DNA of 64,000 nt from Candidatus Dormiibacterota bacterium. Its GTDB lineage: Bacteria; Chloroflexota; Dormibacteria; Aeolococcales; Aeolococcaceae. Positions 18,783 through 28,104 of the stretch are shown here, piece after piece. The notes beneath the pieces are model-generated. The model saw only the letters and a program-made list of their open reading frames with translations. It did no database searches and was not told where the DNA came from. The DNA lies in the NCBI GenBank assembly GCA_963808125.1, contig CAWEEP010000007.1:12820-76819 (forward strand), given 5' to 3'. How positions within the stretch are numbered: position 1 is the first letter of the stretch; every line of letters begins with the position of its first letter. Made by a program: the position numbers and the translations under genes.

Positions 18783-19864
18783 CGCACGAGGGTGTGCTGG
18801 TGGAGGGCAACCACCGCAGCGGCGGTGTCATCAACCGCTATGCGGACCGTCTCCCGCTCACCGACGCCACCCCCCGGATCACCCTCGGCGAGGGCGACAC
18901 GCCACTGATCGAGTCGCGCGCCATCGGCGCCTCCCTGGGGCTGGCCTCGCTGCATTTCAAGTTCGAGGGGCTCAACCCCACCGGGTCCTTCAAGGACCGG
19001 GGCATGGTGCTGGCCGTGGCCAAGGCCATGGAGGCGGGCAGCCGGGCGATCATCTGCGCCTCCACCGGCAACACCAGCGCCTCCGCCGCCGCCTACGGCG
19101 CGCAATTCGGCCTGCGCACCGTGGTCGTGGTGCCGGCGGGGAAGATCGCCCTCGGCAAGCTCATCCAGGCCCAGGTCTTCGGGGCCACAGTGCTGATCAT
19201 CGAGGGCAACTTCGACGCCGCGCTGGCATCGGTCCGGCAGCTGGCGGAGACGCACCCGGTGACCCTCGTCAACAGCATCAACCCCTACCGCATCGAGGGG
19301 CAGAAGACGGCGGCGTTCGAGATCGTCGACCGGCTCGGCGACGCTCCCGACGTCCTCGCCATCCCGGTGGGCAACGCCGGCAACATCACCGCCTACTGGC
19401 GGGGTTTCCGGGAGTACAGGGCGGCCGGCCTCTGCACCCAGCTGCCCCGGATGGTCGGCGGGCAGGCGGCGGGGGCCGCCCCCCTCGTGCTCGGGCACCC
19501 GGTGGACAGCCCGCAGACCTTCGCCACGGCCATCCGCATCGGCAACCCGGCCTCGTGGGCGTCCGCAGTGGCGGCGCGCGACGAGTCGGAGGGGCTCATC
19601 AACTCGGTCAGCGACCTCGAGATCGCCACCGCCCAGCGCGACCTGGCCGCCCGCGAGGGGATCTTCTGCGAGCCGGCGTCGGCGGCGTCGCTCGCCGTGC
19701 TGCGCAAGGCGGTCGCCGACGGCGCGGTCGCCAAGGGGGCGAGCGCCGTCTGCGTCCTCACCGGCAACGGTCTCAAGGACCTGCCGGCGGTGAGCGACGG
19801 CCTGGCCCCGCCGCGTTCGGTCATCGGCACGCCGGCGAGCATCGCCGACGCCATCGGCCTGTAG
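18779..19864 (+). CDS. thrC: Threonine synthase
   Basis: FEGLNPTGSFKDRG (PLP-Lys), STGNTSASAAAY. ATGA overlap with hom. Confidence 0.93.
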   Translation: MTHEGVLVEGNHRSGGVINRYADRLPLTDATPRITLGEGDTPLIESRAIGASLGLASLHFKFEGLNPTGSFKDRGMVLAVAKAMEAGSRAIICASTGNTSASAAAYGAQFGLRTVVVVPAGKIALGKLIQAQVFGATVLIIEGNFDAALASVRQLAETHPVTLVNSINPYRIEGQKTAAFEIVDRLGDAPDVLAIPVGNAGNITAYWRGFREYRAAGLCTQLPRMVGGQAAGAAPLVLGHPVDSPQTFATAIRIGNPASWASAVAARDESEGLINSVSDLEIATAQRDLAAREGIFCEPASAASLAVLRKAVADGAVAKGASAVCVLTGNGLKDLPAVSDGLAPPRSVIGTPASIADAIGL

Positions 19865-20767
19865 ATGCGAGTCGCCGTCCGCGCCCCCGCCAGCATCGCC
19901 AACCTCGGCCCCGGCTTCGACATCCTGGCACTCGCGATCGATCTGGAGAACGAGCTCGAAGCGTCGATGGGTGCCGGGGAAGGCCTCACCATCGACCCCG
20001 GCTCGGGTGCGCCCGATGAGCTGCGCGACCCGGAGAAGAACCTGATCTGCCGCGCCTTCGTCTCGACATGCGTGGCGGCCGGCGCGGACGTCCCCGGCGG
20101 AGTCCATTTCGACTGCCGGAACGTGATCCCCTTCGGCCGCGGGCTCGGTTCCAGTGCCGCCGCCACCCTCGCCGGCGTCCTCGCCGCCAACGCCCTCGCC
20201 GAGCTCGGCTGGGACGAGGACCGGATCATCCGTCACGCGGCGAGGATCGAGGGGCATCCCGACAACGTCGCCGCGGCCCTCTTCGGCGGCCTGGTCATCT
20301 GTGCCGGCGACGTCTCGGCCGTCCGGATTCCGGTGCCCGAGCGGCTGCACGCCGTCGTCTTCGTCCCCGACACGGAGATGAGCACCGAGGTCGCCCGCGA
20401 GCTGGTCCCACTCGCCTTCTCGCGAGAGGACGCCATCCACAACGCCGCCCGCTGCGCCCTGCTGGTGGCGGCGATGCTGACGGGCGATCTTCCCCTTCTC
20501 GGCGAGGCGATGCGCGACCGGTGGCACCAGGCGGCGCGGAGTGAGGTGATGCCCCACGTCCCCCTGGCCATCGAAGCCGCCGTCGCCGCGGGAGCCCACG
20601 GCGCCTGCCTGGCGGGGGCCGGCCCGGCGGTGCTCGCCCTGTGCAGCGGCGACGACAGCGAGGTCGGCCCGGCCATGGTGGCGGCGGCCAGGGTCGCATC
20701 CGTCAGCGGCCAGGTCCAGACCTTCGGAATCCGCAACGCGGGAGCCCAGGTGGAGGTCGCGCCGTGA
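19865..20767 (+). CDS. thrB: Homoserine kinase
   Basis: PASIANLGPGFD; GHMP motif PFGRGLGSSAAA. Confidence 0.92.
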   Translation: MRVAVRAPASIANLGPGFDILALAIDLENELEASMGAGEGLTIDPGSGAPDELRDPEKNLICRAFVSTCVAAGADVPGGVHFDCRNVIPFGRGLGSSAAATLAGVLAANALAELGWDEDRIIRHAARIEGHPDNVAAALFGGLVICAGDVSAVRIPVPERLHAVVFVPDTEMSTEVARELVPLAFSREDAIHNAARCALLVAAMLTGDLPLLGEAMRDRWHQAARSEVMPHVPLAIEAAVAAGAHGACLAGAGPAVLALCSGDDSEVGPAMVAAARVASVSGQVQTFGIRNAGAQVEVAP

Positions 20768-22032
20768 CCGGGGTGGGGACGCCAGATCCGCCGGCACCGG
20801 CAAAGCCGGATGCCACCGCCTGCATCGTTCAGAAGTTCGGCGGCAGCAGCGTGGCCAGCGCCGAGCTGATCCAGCGGGTCGCCACACGCATCGCCGCCAC
20901 GCGCCGCGAGACGGGCCGGGTGGTCGTCGTGGTCAGCGCCATGGGCGACAGCACCGACGAGTTGCTCCATCTGGCCCACAAGGTCAACCCCGACGCGCCG
21001 CTGCGGGAGATGGACCAACTGCTCTCCACCGGCGAGACCATCACCGCCCCGCTGATGGCCATGGCCCTGGAGGGGTTGGGGGTCCCCGCCATCTCCCTGA
21101 CCGGCCTGCAGGCGGGGATCCGGACCAGCGACGCGTTCCGCACCGCCCGGATCGTGGACATCGTGCCGCAACGCATCCTCGACGAGCTGGACCGGGGCAG
21201 GGTGGTGGTGGTGGCCGGCTTCCAGGGGGCGACCGCCGACCTCGACATCACCACCCTGGGCCGGGGAGGATCGGACACCACCGCCGTGGCCCTGGCCGTG
21301 GAGCTCGGCGCCGTACGGTGCGAGATCTACACCGACGTCGCCGGCGTCTACACCGCCGATCCCCGGGTCGAGCCCAGAGCGCGACCGATGGCCGAGATCA
21401 ATTACGCGGAGATGCTAGAATTCGCCGCCGTCGGTGCCAAGGTGATGCACCCGCGCGCCGTCGAGATCGGCGAAGCCTACTCGATGCCGATCGTGGTGCG
21501 GTCGACCTTCGAGGATCACCCAGGCACCCTCATCTGCACGAAGGCCTCCATGGAAGATCGTCAGAAGATCCGCGGCATCGCCCACGACACCGGCGTGGCC
21601 AAGGTGATCATGACCAGGGTCCCGGACCGGCCCGGGATCGCCGCCACCGTGTTCTCCGCCATCGGTGCGGCCGGGATCAATGTAGACATCATTGTCCAAA
21701 ACGTGAGCCACGATGGTTTCACCGACCTCTCCTTCACCATCTCCGAAGAGGATCTGCCCCGCGCCCGCCCCATCCTCGAGGAGGTGGCCCGCTCCGTCGA
21801 CGCGTCGGCGATGACGGCGGACTCGACGATCGCCACCGTGTCAGTGGTGGGCACCGCCTTCCTGGGGGTGCCCGGGATGTTCGCCCGGATCTTCCGCGCC
21901 CTGGCGGCCCAGGGCATCAACGTCGAGCAGATCACCACCAGCGAGATCCACGTGACCGTGATCATCGCCCGTGACCGGGTGACGGACGCGGTGCGCGCCC
22001 TGCACGCGGAGTTCGAGCTGGAGCGGGACTAG
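20764..22032 (+). CDS. ask: Aspartate kinase
   Basis: GTG 20764 overlaps the thrB stop. KFGGSSV, VVVVSAMGDSTDEL, two C-terminal ACT domains. Confidence 0.92.
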   Translation: MTGVGTPDPPAPAKPDATACIVQKFGGSSVASAELIQRVATRIAATRRETGRVVVVVSAMGDSTDELLHLAHKVNPDAPLREMDQLLSTGETITAPLMAMALEGLGVPAISLTGLQAGIRTSDAFRTARIVDIVPQRILDELDRGRVVVVAGFQGATADLDITTLGRGGSDTTAVALAVELGAVRCEIYTDVAGVYTADPRVEPRARPMAEINYAEMLEFAAVGAKVMHPRAVEIGEAYSMPIVVRSTFEDHPGTLICTKASMEDRQKIRGIAHDTGVAKVIMTRVPDRPGIAATVFSAIGAAGINVDIIVQNVSHDGFTDLSFTISEEDLPRARPILEEVARSVDASAMTADSTIATVSVVGTAFLGVPGMFARIFRALAAQGINVEQITTSEIHVTVIIARDRVTDAVRALHAEFELERD

Positions 22033-22039
22033 GACCGCG

Positions 22040-23128
22040 ATGAGCCTGAGCGTGGGCATCGTCGGCCTGCCCAATGCCGGCAAGTCGACGCTCTTCAACG
22101 CCCTGACCCGGGCGGGGGCGACGGTGGGCAACTATCCCTTCACCACCATCGAGCCCAACACGGGCATCGTCCCCGTCCCCGACGAGCGCCTGGAGAGGCT
22201 GGCGGCCGTCTTCTCGCCTCCGAAGATCATCCCCGCCACGGTGACCTTCACCGACATCGCCGGCCTGGTCCGCGGTGCCAGCCGCGGCGAGGGGCTGGGC
22301 AACCAGTTCCTCGGCCACGTCCGCGAGTGCGACGCCATCGCCCTGGTGGTGCGCGCCTTCGAGGATGCCGACGTCGTCCACGTCGAAGGGGGCCTCGATC
22401 CACTGCGGGATCTCGAGGTCGTCGAGCTGGAGCTGCAGCTCGCCGACCTGGAGACGGTGACGCGCCGCCTGGAGAAGTTGGAGAAGACCGCGCGCGTCGC
22501 CAAGGAGAAGGCCGCCGAGACCATCGAGGCGATGCGGCGCGTGCGCGACCACCTCGACCAGGGGCGTCCGGTGCGGACCCTGTCCCTGTCGGAGGAGGAG
22601 CGGTCCCTGGTCGCCGACCTGTTCCTACTCACCTCGCATCCCCTCATCGCGGTCGTCAACGTCGACGAGTCGAAGGCGGGTGACCCTCCTCCCGCGGGTC
22701 TCGTGTCGCTGGCCCGCGACCACGGGGGCGACGCCCTGGCCATCTCCGCCCGCATCGAGTCGGAGATCGTGGAGCTTCCGGCCGCCGACCGCCGCGAGTT
22801 CCTCAACTCCCTCGGCCTGCCCGAGCCCGGCCTGGACCGGCTGGCCCGCGAGGCGTACTCCCTCCTCGACCTCGTCACCTTCTTCACGGCCGGGGAGAAG
22901 GAGGTCCGCGCCTGGACGCTGCGGCGCGGGGGCACGGCGGTTGACGCGGCGGGGACGATCCACACCGACTTCGCGCGGGGATTCATCCGGGCCGAGGTGG
23001 TCGACACCGAGGACCTCATCGCCGCCGGGTCGTACCCGGCGGTGAGGGACCAGGGCAAGCAGCGTCTCGAGGGCAGGGACTACGTGGTGCGAGACGGCGA
23101 CGTCGTCCATTTCCGATTCAACGTGTGA
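22040..23128 (+). CDS. ychF: Ribosome-binding ATPase YchF
   Basis: GIVGLPNAGKSTLFNALT; C-terminal TGS-like VRAWT..IHTDFARGFIRAEV. Confidence 0.93.
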   Translation: MSLSVGIVGLPNAGKSTLFNALTRAGATVGNYPFTTIEPNTGIVPVPDERLERLAAVFSPPKIIPATVTFTDIAGLVRGASRGEGLGNQFLGHVRECDAIALVVRAFEDADVVHVEGGLDPLRDLEVVELELQLADLETVTRRLEKLEKTARVAKEKAAETIEAMRRVRDHLDQGRPVRTLSLSEEERSLVADLFLLTSHPLIAVVNVDESKAGDPPPAGLVSLARDHGGDALAISARIESEIVELPAADRREFLNSLGLPEPGLDRLAREAYSLLDLVTFFTAGEKEVRAWTLRRGGTAVDAAGTIHTDFARGFIRAEVVDTEDLIAAGSYPAVRDQGKQRLEGRDYVVRDGDVVHFRFNV

Positions 23129-24210
23129 GCGCGCGGCGGACAATGCCCACCATGCCAGGCACTCTCGGGATCGTCGGCGTCGGCCTGATCGGCGGCTCCA
23201 TCGGCATGGCGGCGCGTCGGGCGGGTTGGGAGGTGCTGGGCTGCGACCAGCCGAACGTCGTCGAGGTCGCCGTCGAGGTCGGCGCCATCGACCGGGGGGC
23301 GGCGCTCGACGAGGTGCGCGGCGCCGGCTTCGTCGTGCTGGCCGCGCCGGTGTCGAAGATCGGAGAGCTTCTCGCCGATCTCGCGCCGACCGACGCCCTG
23401 GTCACCGACGTCGGCAGCGCCAAGGCGGCGATCGTCCGCGAGGCCGCGCGCGCCGGGCTGCGGCGGTTCGTCGGCGGCCATCCGATGGCGGGGGGCGAGC
23501 TGTCCGGTGTCGCCAATGCGAACGCCGACCTCTTCCGGGGCGCCCGCTACCTGCTGACGCCAACCGAGGAGACGCTGCCCGACGCGTACGCCCAGCTCGC
23601 CCAGTTCGTCCGCGACGACTTGGGAGCGGTGCCCAGCGCCGTCGACCCCGACCGGCACGACCTGCTGGTGGCGGCGATGTCCCACCTCCCCCACCTCCTC
23701 GCCGTGGCCCTTCTCCAGGTGACCTCCGCCATCTCGCCGGAGGCGCTGACCTTCGCCGGGCCGTCCTTCCGCGATCTGACCCGCGTCGGCGCCTCCAGCC
23801 CCGGCCTGTGGTCGGACATCCTCGCCGAGAACGCCGGCGCGGTCCGCGAGGTGCTGGAGGCGTTCACCGCGGCCATGCGCCGTCTGGAGGACGACCTCGG
23901 CGACGGTCCGGCCATCAAGCGCCACTTCGTCGAGGCCGGGACCGCGTACCGGGCCGTCGGCGGCATCCTCATCCGCGGCAGCGGTCGCAACGTGGACATC
24001 GCCGTCCCCATCGAGAACCGGCTGAGGGTCCTGGCCGAGGTGACGACGCTCATGGGATCGAACGACATCAGCATCCAGGACCTTTCCATGCAGCACAGCG
24101 ACACCCGGCACGCCGCCCTGGTGCTGACGCTGGACGCGGACGCGGCCGAGGCGGCGCTCCAGCTGCTGCACGGCGCCGGTTTCCGCGCCGAGCGCGTGGC
24201 CGAAGGCTGA
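23125..24210 (+). CDS. tyrA: Prephenate dehydrogenase with C-terminal ACT domain
   Basis: IVGVGLIGGSIG Rossmann motif, GGHPMAG, ACT-like tail NVDIAVPIENRLRVLAEV... The start could be ATG 23143/23152. Confidence 0.85.
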   Translation: MSARRTMPTMPGTLGIVGVGLIGGSIGMAARRAGWEVLGCDQPNVVEVAVEVGAIDRGAALDEVRGAGFVVLAAPVSKIGELLADLAPTDALVTDVGSAKAAIVREAARAGLRRFVGGHPMAGGELSGVANANADLFRGARYLLTPTEETLPDAYAQLAQFVRDDLGAVPSAVDPDRHDLLVAAMSHLPHLLAVALLQVTSAISPEALTFAGPSFRDLTRVGASSPGLWSDILAENAGAVREVLEAFTAAMRRLEDDLGDGPAIKRHFVEAGTAYRAVGGILIRGSGRNVDIAVPIENRLRVLAEVTTLMGSNDISIQDLSMQHSDTRHAALVLTLDADAAEAALQLLHGAGFRAERVAEG

Positions 24211-24222
24211 GCGGAGAGGCCG

Positions 24223-25245
24223 CTACTCCGAGCCGTTGCCGGGGTCGACGCGGAGGAGGCGAGGCCGAGGGGCTTTCACCACGTCCCGCCGCATCAGGAG
24301 GTTCAGGCTGGTCACCGCGACGATGAGGAGCAGGGCGCCCAGCACCTCCAGGGGCTGCAGCGGCGCGCCATATCCGACGGGCTTGGGGAGCGAGAAGATC
24401 AGGAAGAGAGCGGCCGGATAGCCGAGCTCGGCGAAGCTCGACACCGATGCGGGGGTGCTGGAGAGGGCGCGGTAGTAGAGCGTCATGGCGATGACGCCGG
24501 GGATGAGGGCGATGCCGAGGAAGCTCGGCAGCTGGCCCGCGGAGTACTGACTGAGCCCTGCGGTGCCTCGGTCGGTGAGCATCAGCACGAGCAGGATCGG
24601 CAGGGCCAGCATGAAGCGCGCCGCCGAGGTGCTGGTGAAGGAGACGTCGGCGAGGGCATAGCGTCCCATCACCGTGCCCGCCCCCCAGAGGGCGACCGCG
24701 CCGAGGACGAAGAGGGCGGCCTGGAGCTGAGCCTGCGGCGCCACCGCGTTCGTCGAGAAGACGATGAGAGCGGCTCCGGCCAGGGCGAGGGCGGCGAGCG
24801 GCCAGAACGTCCGCCGGCGACGCTCGCGGAGGACAAGCCACGCCAGCGTCGCTCCGAAGATGGGCTGGAGCAGGTAGAGGAGGTAGACCTCGGAGAGCAC
24901 GCCGGCGCTCTGTGCGGCGGGGACGCCGTACGCGTAGCCGATCGAACGGGTGAAGAGGACGGTGGCGATCGCCTGCGGGCCGGCGGCGATGACAGCGAGC
25001 ACCAACCATGTCCGCCACGAGGCCCTGCGCAGCTCCCGCCACGCCCGCCGCGCCAGGGGGACCAGGCAGAGGCTGATCAGCAGGTCCTCGACGAGCACGA
25101 TCTGGCTGGCCGACAAGCCCTGCTGGACCAGTTCCGGGCGGAAGAACGCGTCGGCGGCCCAGAGCGCAGACGCCACGGTGATGACGAGGGCGGAGTAGCG
25201 GTCGAGGATGCCGGGGTGATCCCGCAACTGAAGCTGCGCAGCCAT
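24223..25245 (-). CDS. EamA/DMT-family transporter
   Basis: ~10 TM helices forming two EamA repeats. Start placed at ATG 25245 (MAAQLQLRDHPG..). Confidence 0.75.
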   Translation of the reverse strand: MAAQLQLRDHPGILDRYSALVITVASALWAADAFFRPELVQQGLSASQIVLVEDLLISLCLVPLARRAWRELRRASWRTWLVLAVIAAGPQAIATVLFTRSIGYAYGVPAAQSAGVLSEVYLLYLLQPIFGATLAWLVLRERRRRTFWPLAALALAGAALIVFSTNAVAPQAQLQAALFVLGAVALWGAGTVMGRYALADVSFTSTSAARFMLALPILLVLMLTDRGTAGLSQYSAGQLPSFLGIALIPGVIAMTLYYRALSSTPASVSSFAELGYPAALFLIFSLPKPVGYGAPLQPLEVLGALLLIVAVTSLNLLMRRDVVKAPRPRLLRVDPGNGSE

Positions 25246-25611
25246 CCGCTCAGCCCTCGACGGGTGCCCGGGGCGTGACGCTCCCCGCCGGCGGTGTTGG
25301 CGATCCGACCATGGCCTCTCCTTGCTCATGAGGGCAGGGAGCTGCTCCTGGAGCGCACCTCCAGTTGCGTCCTCTCCCATCCAAACTCGAAGGGCGGACC
25401 ACCGGGTCCGTCGCTTCTGACTGTCGGCCCCGGAATCGCACCGGGTCCTGCTCGGCCGGGAAAAGCTCCTGGCTCCGCTCGCGGGCTGTCACCGCCGGTC
25501 GGGAATCTCACCCTGCCCCGAAGACGCGGTCAGGATAGCACCGAGGATCCGACGCCCAGCGTGGTCGGGCAAGGTCGGCCCTCCCTCCGCCTGCTACGCT
25601 TCGCGCTCGGT

Positions 25612-26070
25612 ATGGCGAAGAAGAACCGCAAGCAGAAGCAGCGCGCGACACGCCGCCCCGCCCCGCAGCCGGGACCGCGGCCGATCGCGACTGCCCCGCG
25701 CGCCGCACCGGGCATCTCGCCCAGCACTGCCGCCTCCGAGGTCGACGCCGAGGAGGATCTCGAACCCGTCCGCGCCGCGGCCCCGATCCGGCCGGTGGCG
25801 GGCGACTCGTTCCGGCGCCGCGTCGAGCGAGTGGCGCCGGCCGGTCCCAGCGCCGAGGCTCTTCGGCAGCAACGCCAGGCCGCCCGGGCCTCCCGGTACT
25901 CCAGCAGCTCGGCGGCCAGCATCGCGATGCTGGAGAGCGACGACCCGGGCATCCCCTTCGACCACGTCCCCTACGTCCCGGCCGATCTGCGGCGCGTCGC
26001 CCTGATCGCCTCGGTGATGGTGGTCCTGATCCTCATCGCCTGGGGTGTCGTCTCCCACTTCGTGCACTAA
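25612..26070 (+). CDS. Hypothetical tail-anchored membrane protein
   Basis: MAKKNRKQKQ.. basic, disordered N-terminal ~125 aa. A single C-terminal TM helix (VALIASVMVVLILIAWGVV) is followed by only 5 residues. Lies 12 nt upstream of the ArsA/Get3-type ATPase. Confidence 0.5.
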   Translation: MAKKNRKQKQRATRRPAPQPGPRPIATAPRAAPGISPSTAASEVDAEEDLEPVRAAAPIRPVAGDSFRRRVERVAPAGPSAEALRQQRQAARASRYSSSSAASIAMLESDDPGIPFDHVPYVPADLRRVALIASVMVVLILIAWGVVSHFVH

Positions 26071-26082
26071 GGTTTCACCACC

Positions 26083-27255
26083 ATGAGGGTGATCCTCTAC
26101 ACGGGGAAGGGCGGGGTCGGGAAGACGACGGTCGCGGCGGCAACCGCCGTGCGTTGCGCCAAGCGCGGCCTGCGGACGCTGGTGATCAGCACCGACGCGG
26201 CCCACAGCCTCGGCAACTCCCTCGACCGCGAGATCGGCGAGGTGCCCACTCCGGTCGCCCCCAACCTCTGGGCACAGGAGGTCAATGCACTCCACGAGAT
26301 GGAGAGCCACTGGGACAGCATCCACAAGTACCTGAGCACCCTGTTCGCCTCCCAGGGTGTCGACGACATCATCGCCGAGGAGCTGTCATCGCCTCCGGGA
26401 ATGGAGGAGGTGGCCTCCCTGATGCAGATCAGGAACCACAAGGCGAGCGGCAAGTACGACGTGCTGGTCGTCGACTGCGCCCCCACCGGCGAGACCCTCC
26501 AACTGCTCGCCTTTCCCGATGTTGCGCGGTGGTACCTGAAGCGGATCTTCCCCGTCGAGCGCACGATCATGAGGGTGGCGCGGCCGGTGGTTCAGCCCTT
26601 CGTCTCCCTTCCCCTGCCAAGTGACGAAATCTTCGGCCATGTCAAGCACCTGCTCCTCGACCTGGAGAGCATGAAGAGCATCCTCGGCGACCCGGAAACC
26701 TGCACGGTGCGCATCGTCCTCAACCTGGAGAAGATGGTGCTGAAGGAGGCGCAGCGGGCCTTCACCTACCTGAGCCTCTACGACTATCTCACCGACCTGG
26801 TGGTGGTGAACCGCATGCTGCCGCCCGAGGTGACGGACAGCTACTTCGCCTCGTGGCGGCGAACCCAGTCCCGCTACGACGGGATGGTGGGCGCAGCCTT
26901 CGACCCCATCCCCATCCGCAGGACCAAGCTCTTCAGCCATGAGATCGTCGGCCTCGACCGTCTGGAGGAGATGGCCGAGGCGCTGTTCGGCGACGAGGAC
27001 CCGGCGCAGATCTTCTATCACGTGGTTCCCCAGAAGCTGCGCAAGGTGCGGGACCACTACGAACTGTTGCTGCAACTCCCCTTCGTCAGCAAGGACGAGG
27101 TTGAACTCACCCACAACGATGGGGAGCTGTTCGTCACCGTCGGCGCCTACAAGCGGGAGATCTCTCTCCCGCGCGTGCTGAACGGGAAGCGGATCCGATC
27201 GGCGAAGCTCGAAGAGGGCACGCTTCGCATCACCTTCACAGGGAGCACAGCATGA
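26083..27255 (+). CDS. ArsA/Get3-family ATPase with C-terminal HSP20-like domain
   Basis: Deviant Walker A GKGGVGKTT, switch STDAAHSLG. C-terminal YELLLQLPFVSKDEVELTHNDGELFVTVGAYKREISLPRVL..AKLEEGTLRITF matches the ArsA_HSP20 beta-sandwich pattern. Confidence 0.88.
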   Translation: MRVILYTGKGGVGKTTVAAATAVRCAKRGLRTLVISTDAAHSLGNSLDREIGEVPTPVAPNLWAQEVNALHEMESHWDSIHKYLSTLFASQGVDDIIAEELSSPPGMEEVASLMQIRNHKASGKYDVLVVDCAPTGETLQLLAFPDVARWYLKRIFPVERTIMRVARPVVQPFVSLPLPSDEIFGHVKHLLLDLESMKSILGDPETCTVRIVLNLEKMVLKEAQRAFTYLSLYDYLTDLVVVNRMLPPEVTDSYFASWRRTQSRYDGMVGAAFDPIPIRRTKLFSHEIVGLDRLEEMAEALFGDEDPAQIFYHVVPQKLRKVRDHYELLLQLPFVSKDEVELTHNDGELFVTVGAYKREISLPRVLNGKRIRSAKLEEGTLRITFTGSTA

Positions 27256-27491
27256 GCGAGGAATCCGGCTCCATGGCATTTCGCCTTCTCGAGGAGGCCG
27301 CCCACCTGGTCGGTGAGGTGATCCCCCCGGAGGCTCAGCGCCACTTCCTCATCGCCCAGCGCGAGCTGATTCTGGGCATCACGGCGGTGATCGAGCACAA
27401 GAGCCAGCGGGCGGCACCGACGTCAGCGAAGCGCAGGGCCCCGGCAAGGTCGGCGAAGACGACCCGGCCGCGCCGTGTCGCCGTCACCTGA
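27252..27491 (+). CDS. Small hypothetical protein (helical core, basic tail)
   Basis: ATGA-coupled to the ATPase gene. MSEESGSMAFRLLEEAAHLVGEVIPPEAQRHFLIAQRELILGITAVIEH.. followed by a K/R-rich tail. Confidence 0.45.
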   Translation: MSEESGSMAFRLLEEAAHLVGEVIPPEAQRHFLIAQRELILGITAVIEHKSQRAAPTSAKRRAPARSAKTTRPRRVAVT

Positions 27492-28104
27492 CGCGGGCGG
27501 GCATCCCATCCCCGTGACGTTCCGGGGCCTGGTCCGAAGAGCACCCCGCAGACGACCGGGCCGGCTCGCGCCGGCGTCGGTGGAGATCGACGGCCGGGCC
27601 TGGCCGGTGCAGGGCTCGCAGCTCGTGCTCGTCGATCACGACCGGGTTCTCATCCAGTTCCGTCCCTGGCCCCCCGGATGGGAATTGCCCGGAGGGCACT
27701 GCGGGCGGGGCGAGGACCCAGCCGAGGCCGCCCTCCGCGAGACCGAGGAGGAGACGGGACTGCGCGCCCGCATCCTCGGCCTGGTCGGCGTCTACACCTG
27801 GGATGGGCTGCGCTCCGCCGGTGACGCCGTCTACCTTGGCGAGGTCACCGGTGGGAGGCGGAGGCGGAGCGTCGAGTCCCTGGCGGTGCGCTTCGTCGCT
27901 CGCGACGAGCTGCCGAAGACCCTCTTTCCCTGGTGCCGCGAGCGCATCCTCGACGCGCTGGCGCGCGGCGACGGCGCGGCGCCCGTCCACCGCGTCCAAC
28001 CGGTGACCATGTACCACGTGTGGCTGTTCGGCACCAGGTGGTTGAACCAGCCGGTGGACGCCGCGCTCACCTGGTGGCGCGGTGAGCGGCGGCACGGCGC
28101 GTGA
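27475..28104 (+). CDS. NUDIX hydrolase
   Basis: Nudix box GGHCGRGEDPAEAALRETEEETGL. Start uncertain (GTG 27475 or 27514). Confidence 0.75.
   Translation: MSPSPDAGGHPIPVTFRGLVRRAPRRRPGRLAPASVEIDGRAWPVQGSQLVLVDHDRVLIQFRPWPPGWELPGGHCGRGEDPAEAALRETEEETGLRARILGLVGVYTWDGLRSAGDAVYLGEVTGGRRRRSVESLAVRFVARDELPKTLFPWCRERILDALARGDGAAPVHRVQPVTMYHVWLFGTRWLNQPVDAALTWWRGERRHGA

Noticed and set aside
25246-25611. The 366-nt intergenic region considered as a structured RNA (RNase P, SRP, 6C, tmRNA).
   Set aside because: None of the universally conserved cores, such as GAGGAAAGTCC for RNase P or the SRP domain IV motif, could be located by eye. It is more simply a divergent promoter region, but this deserves an Infernal scan.
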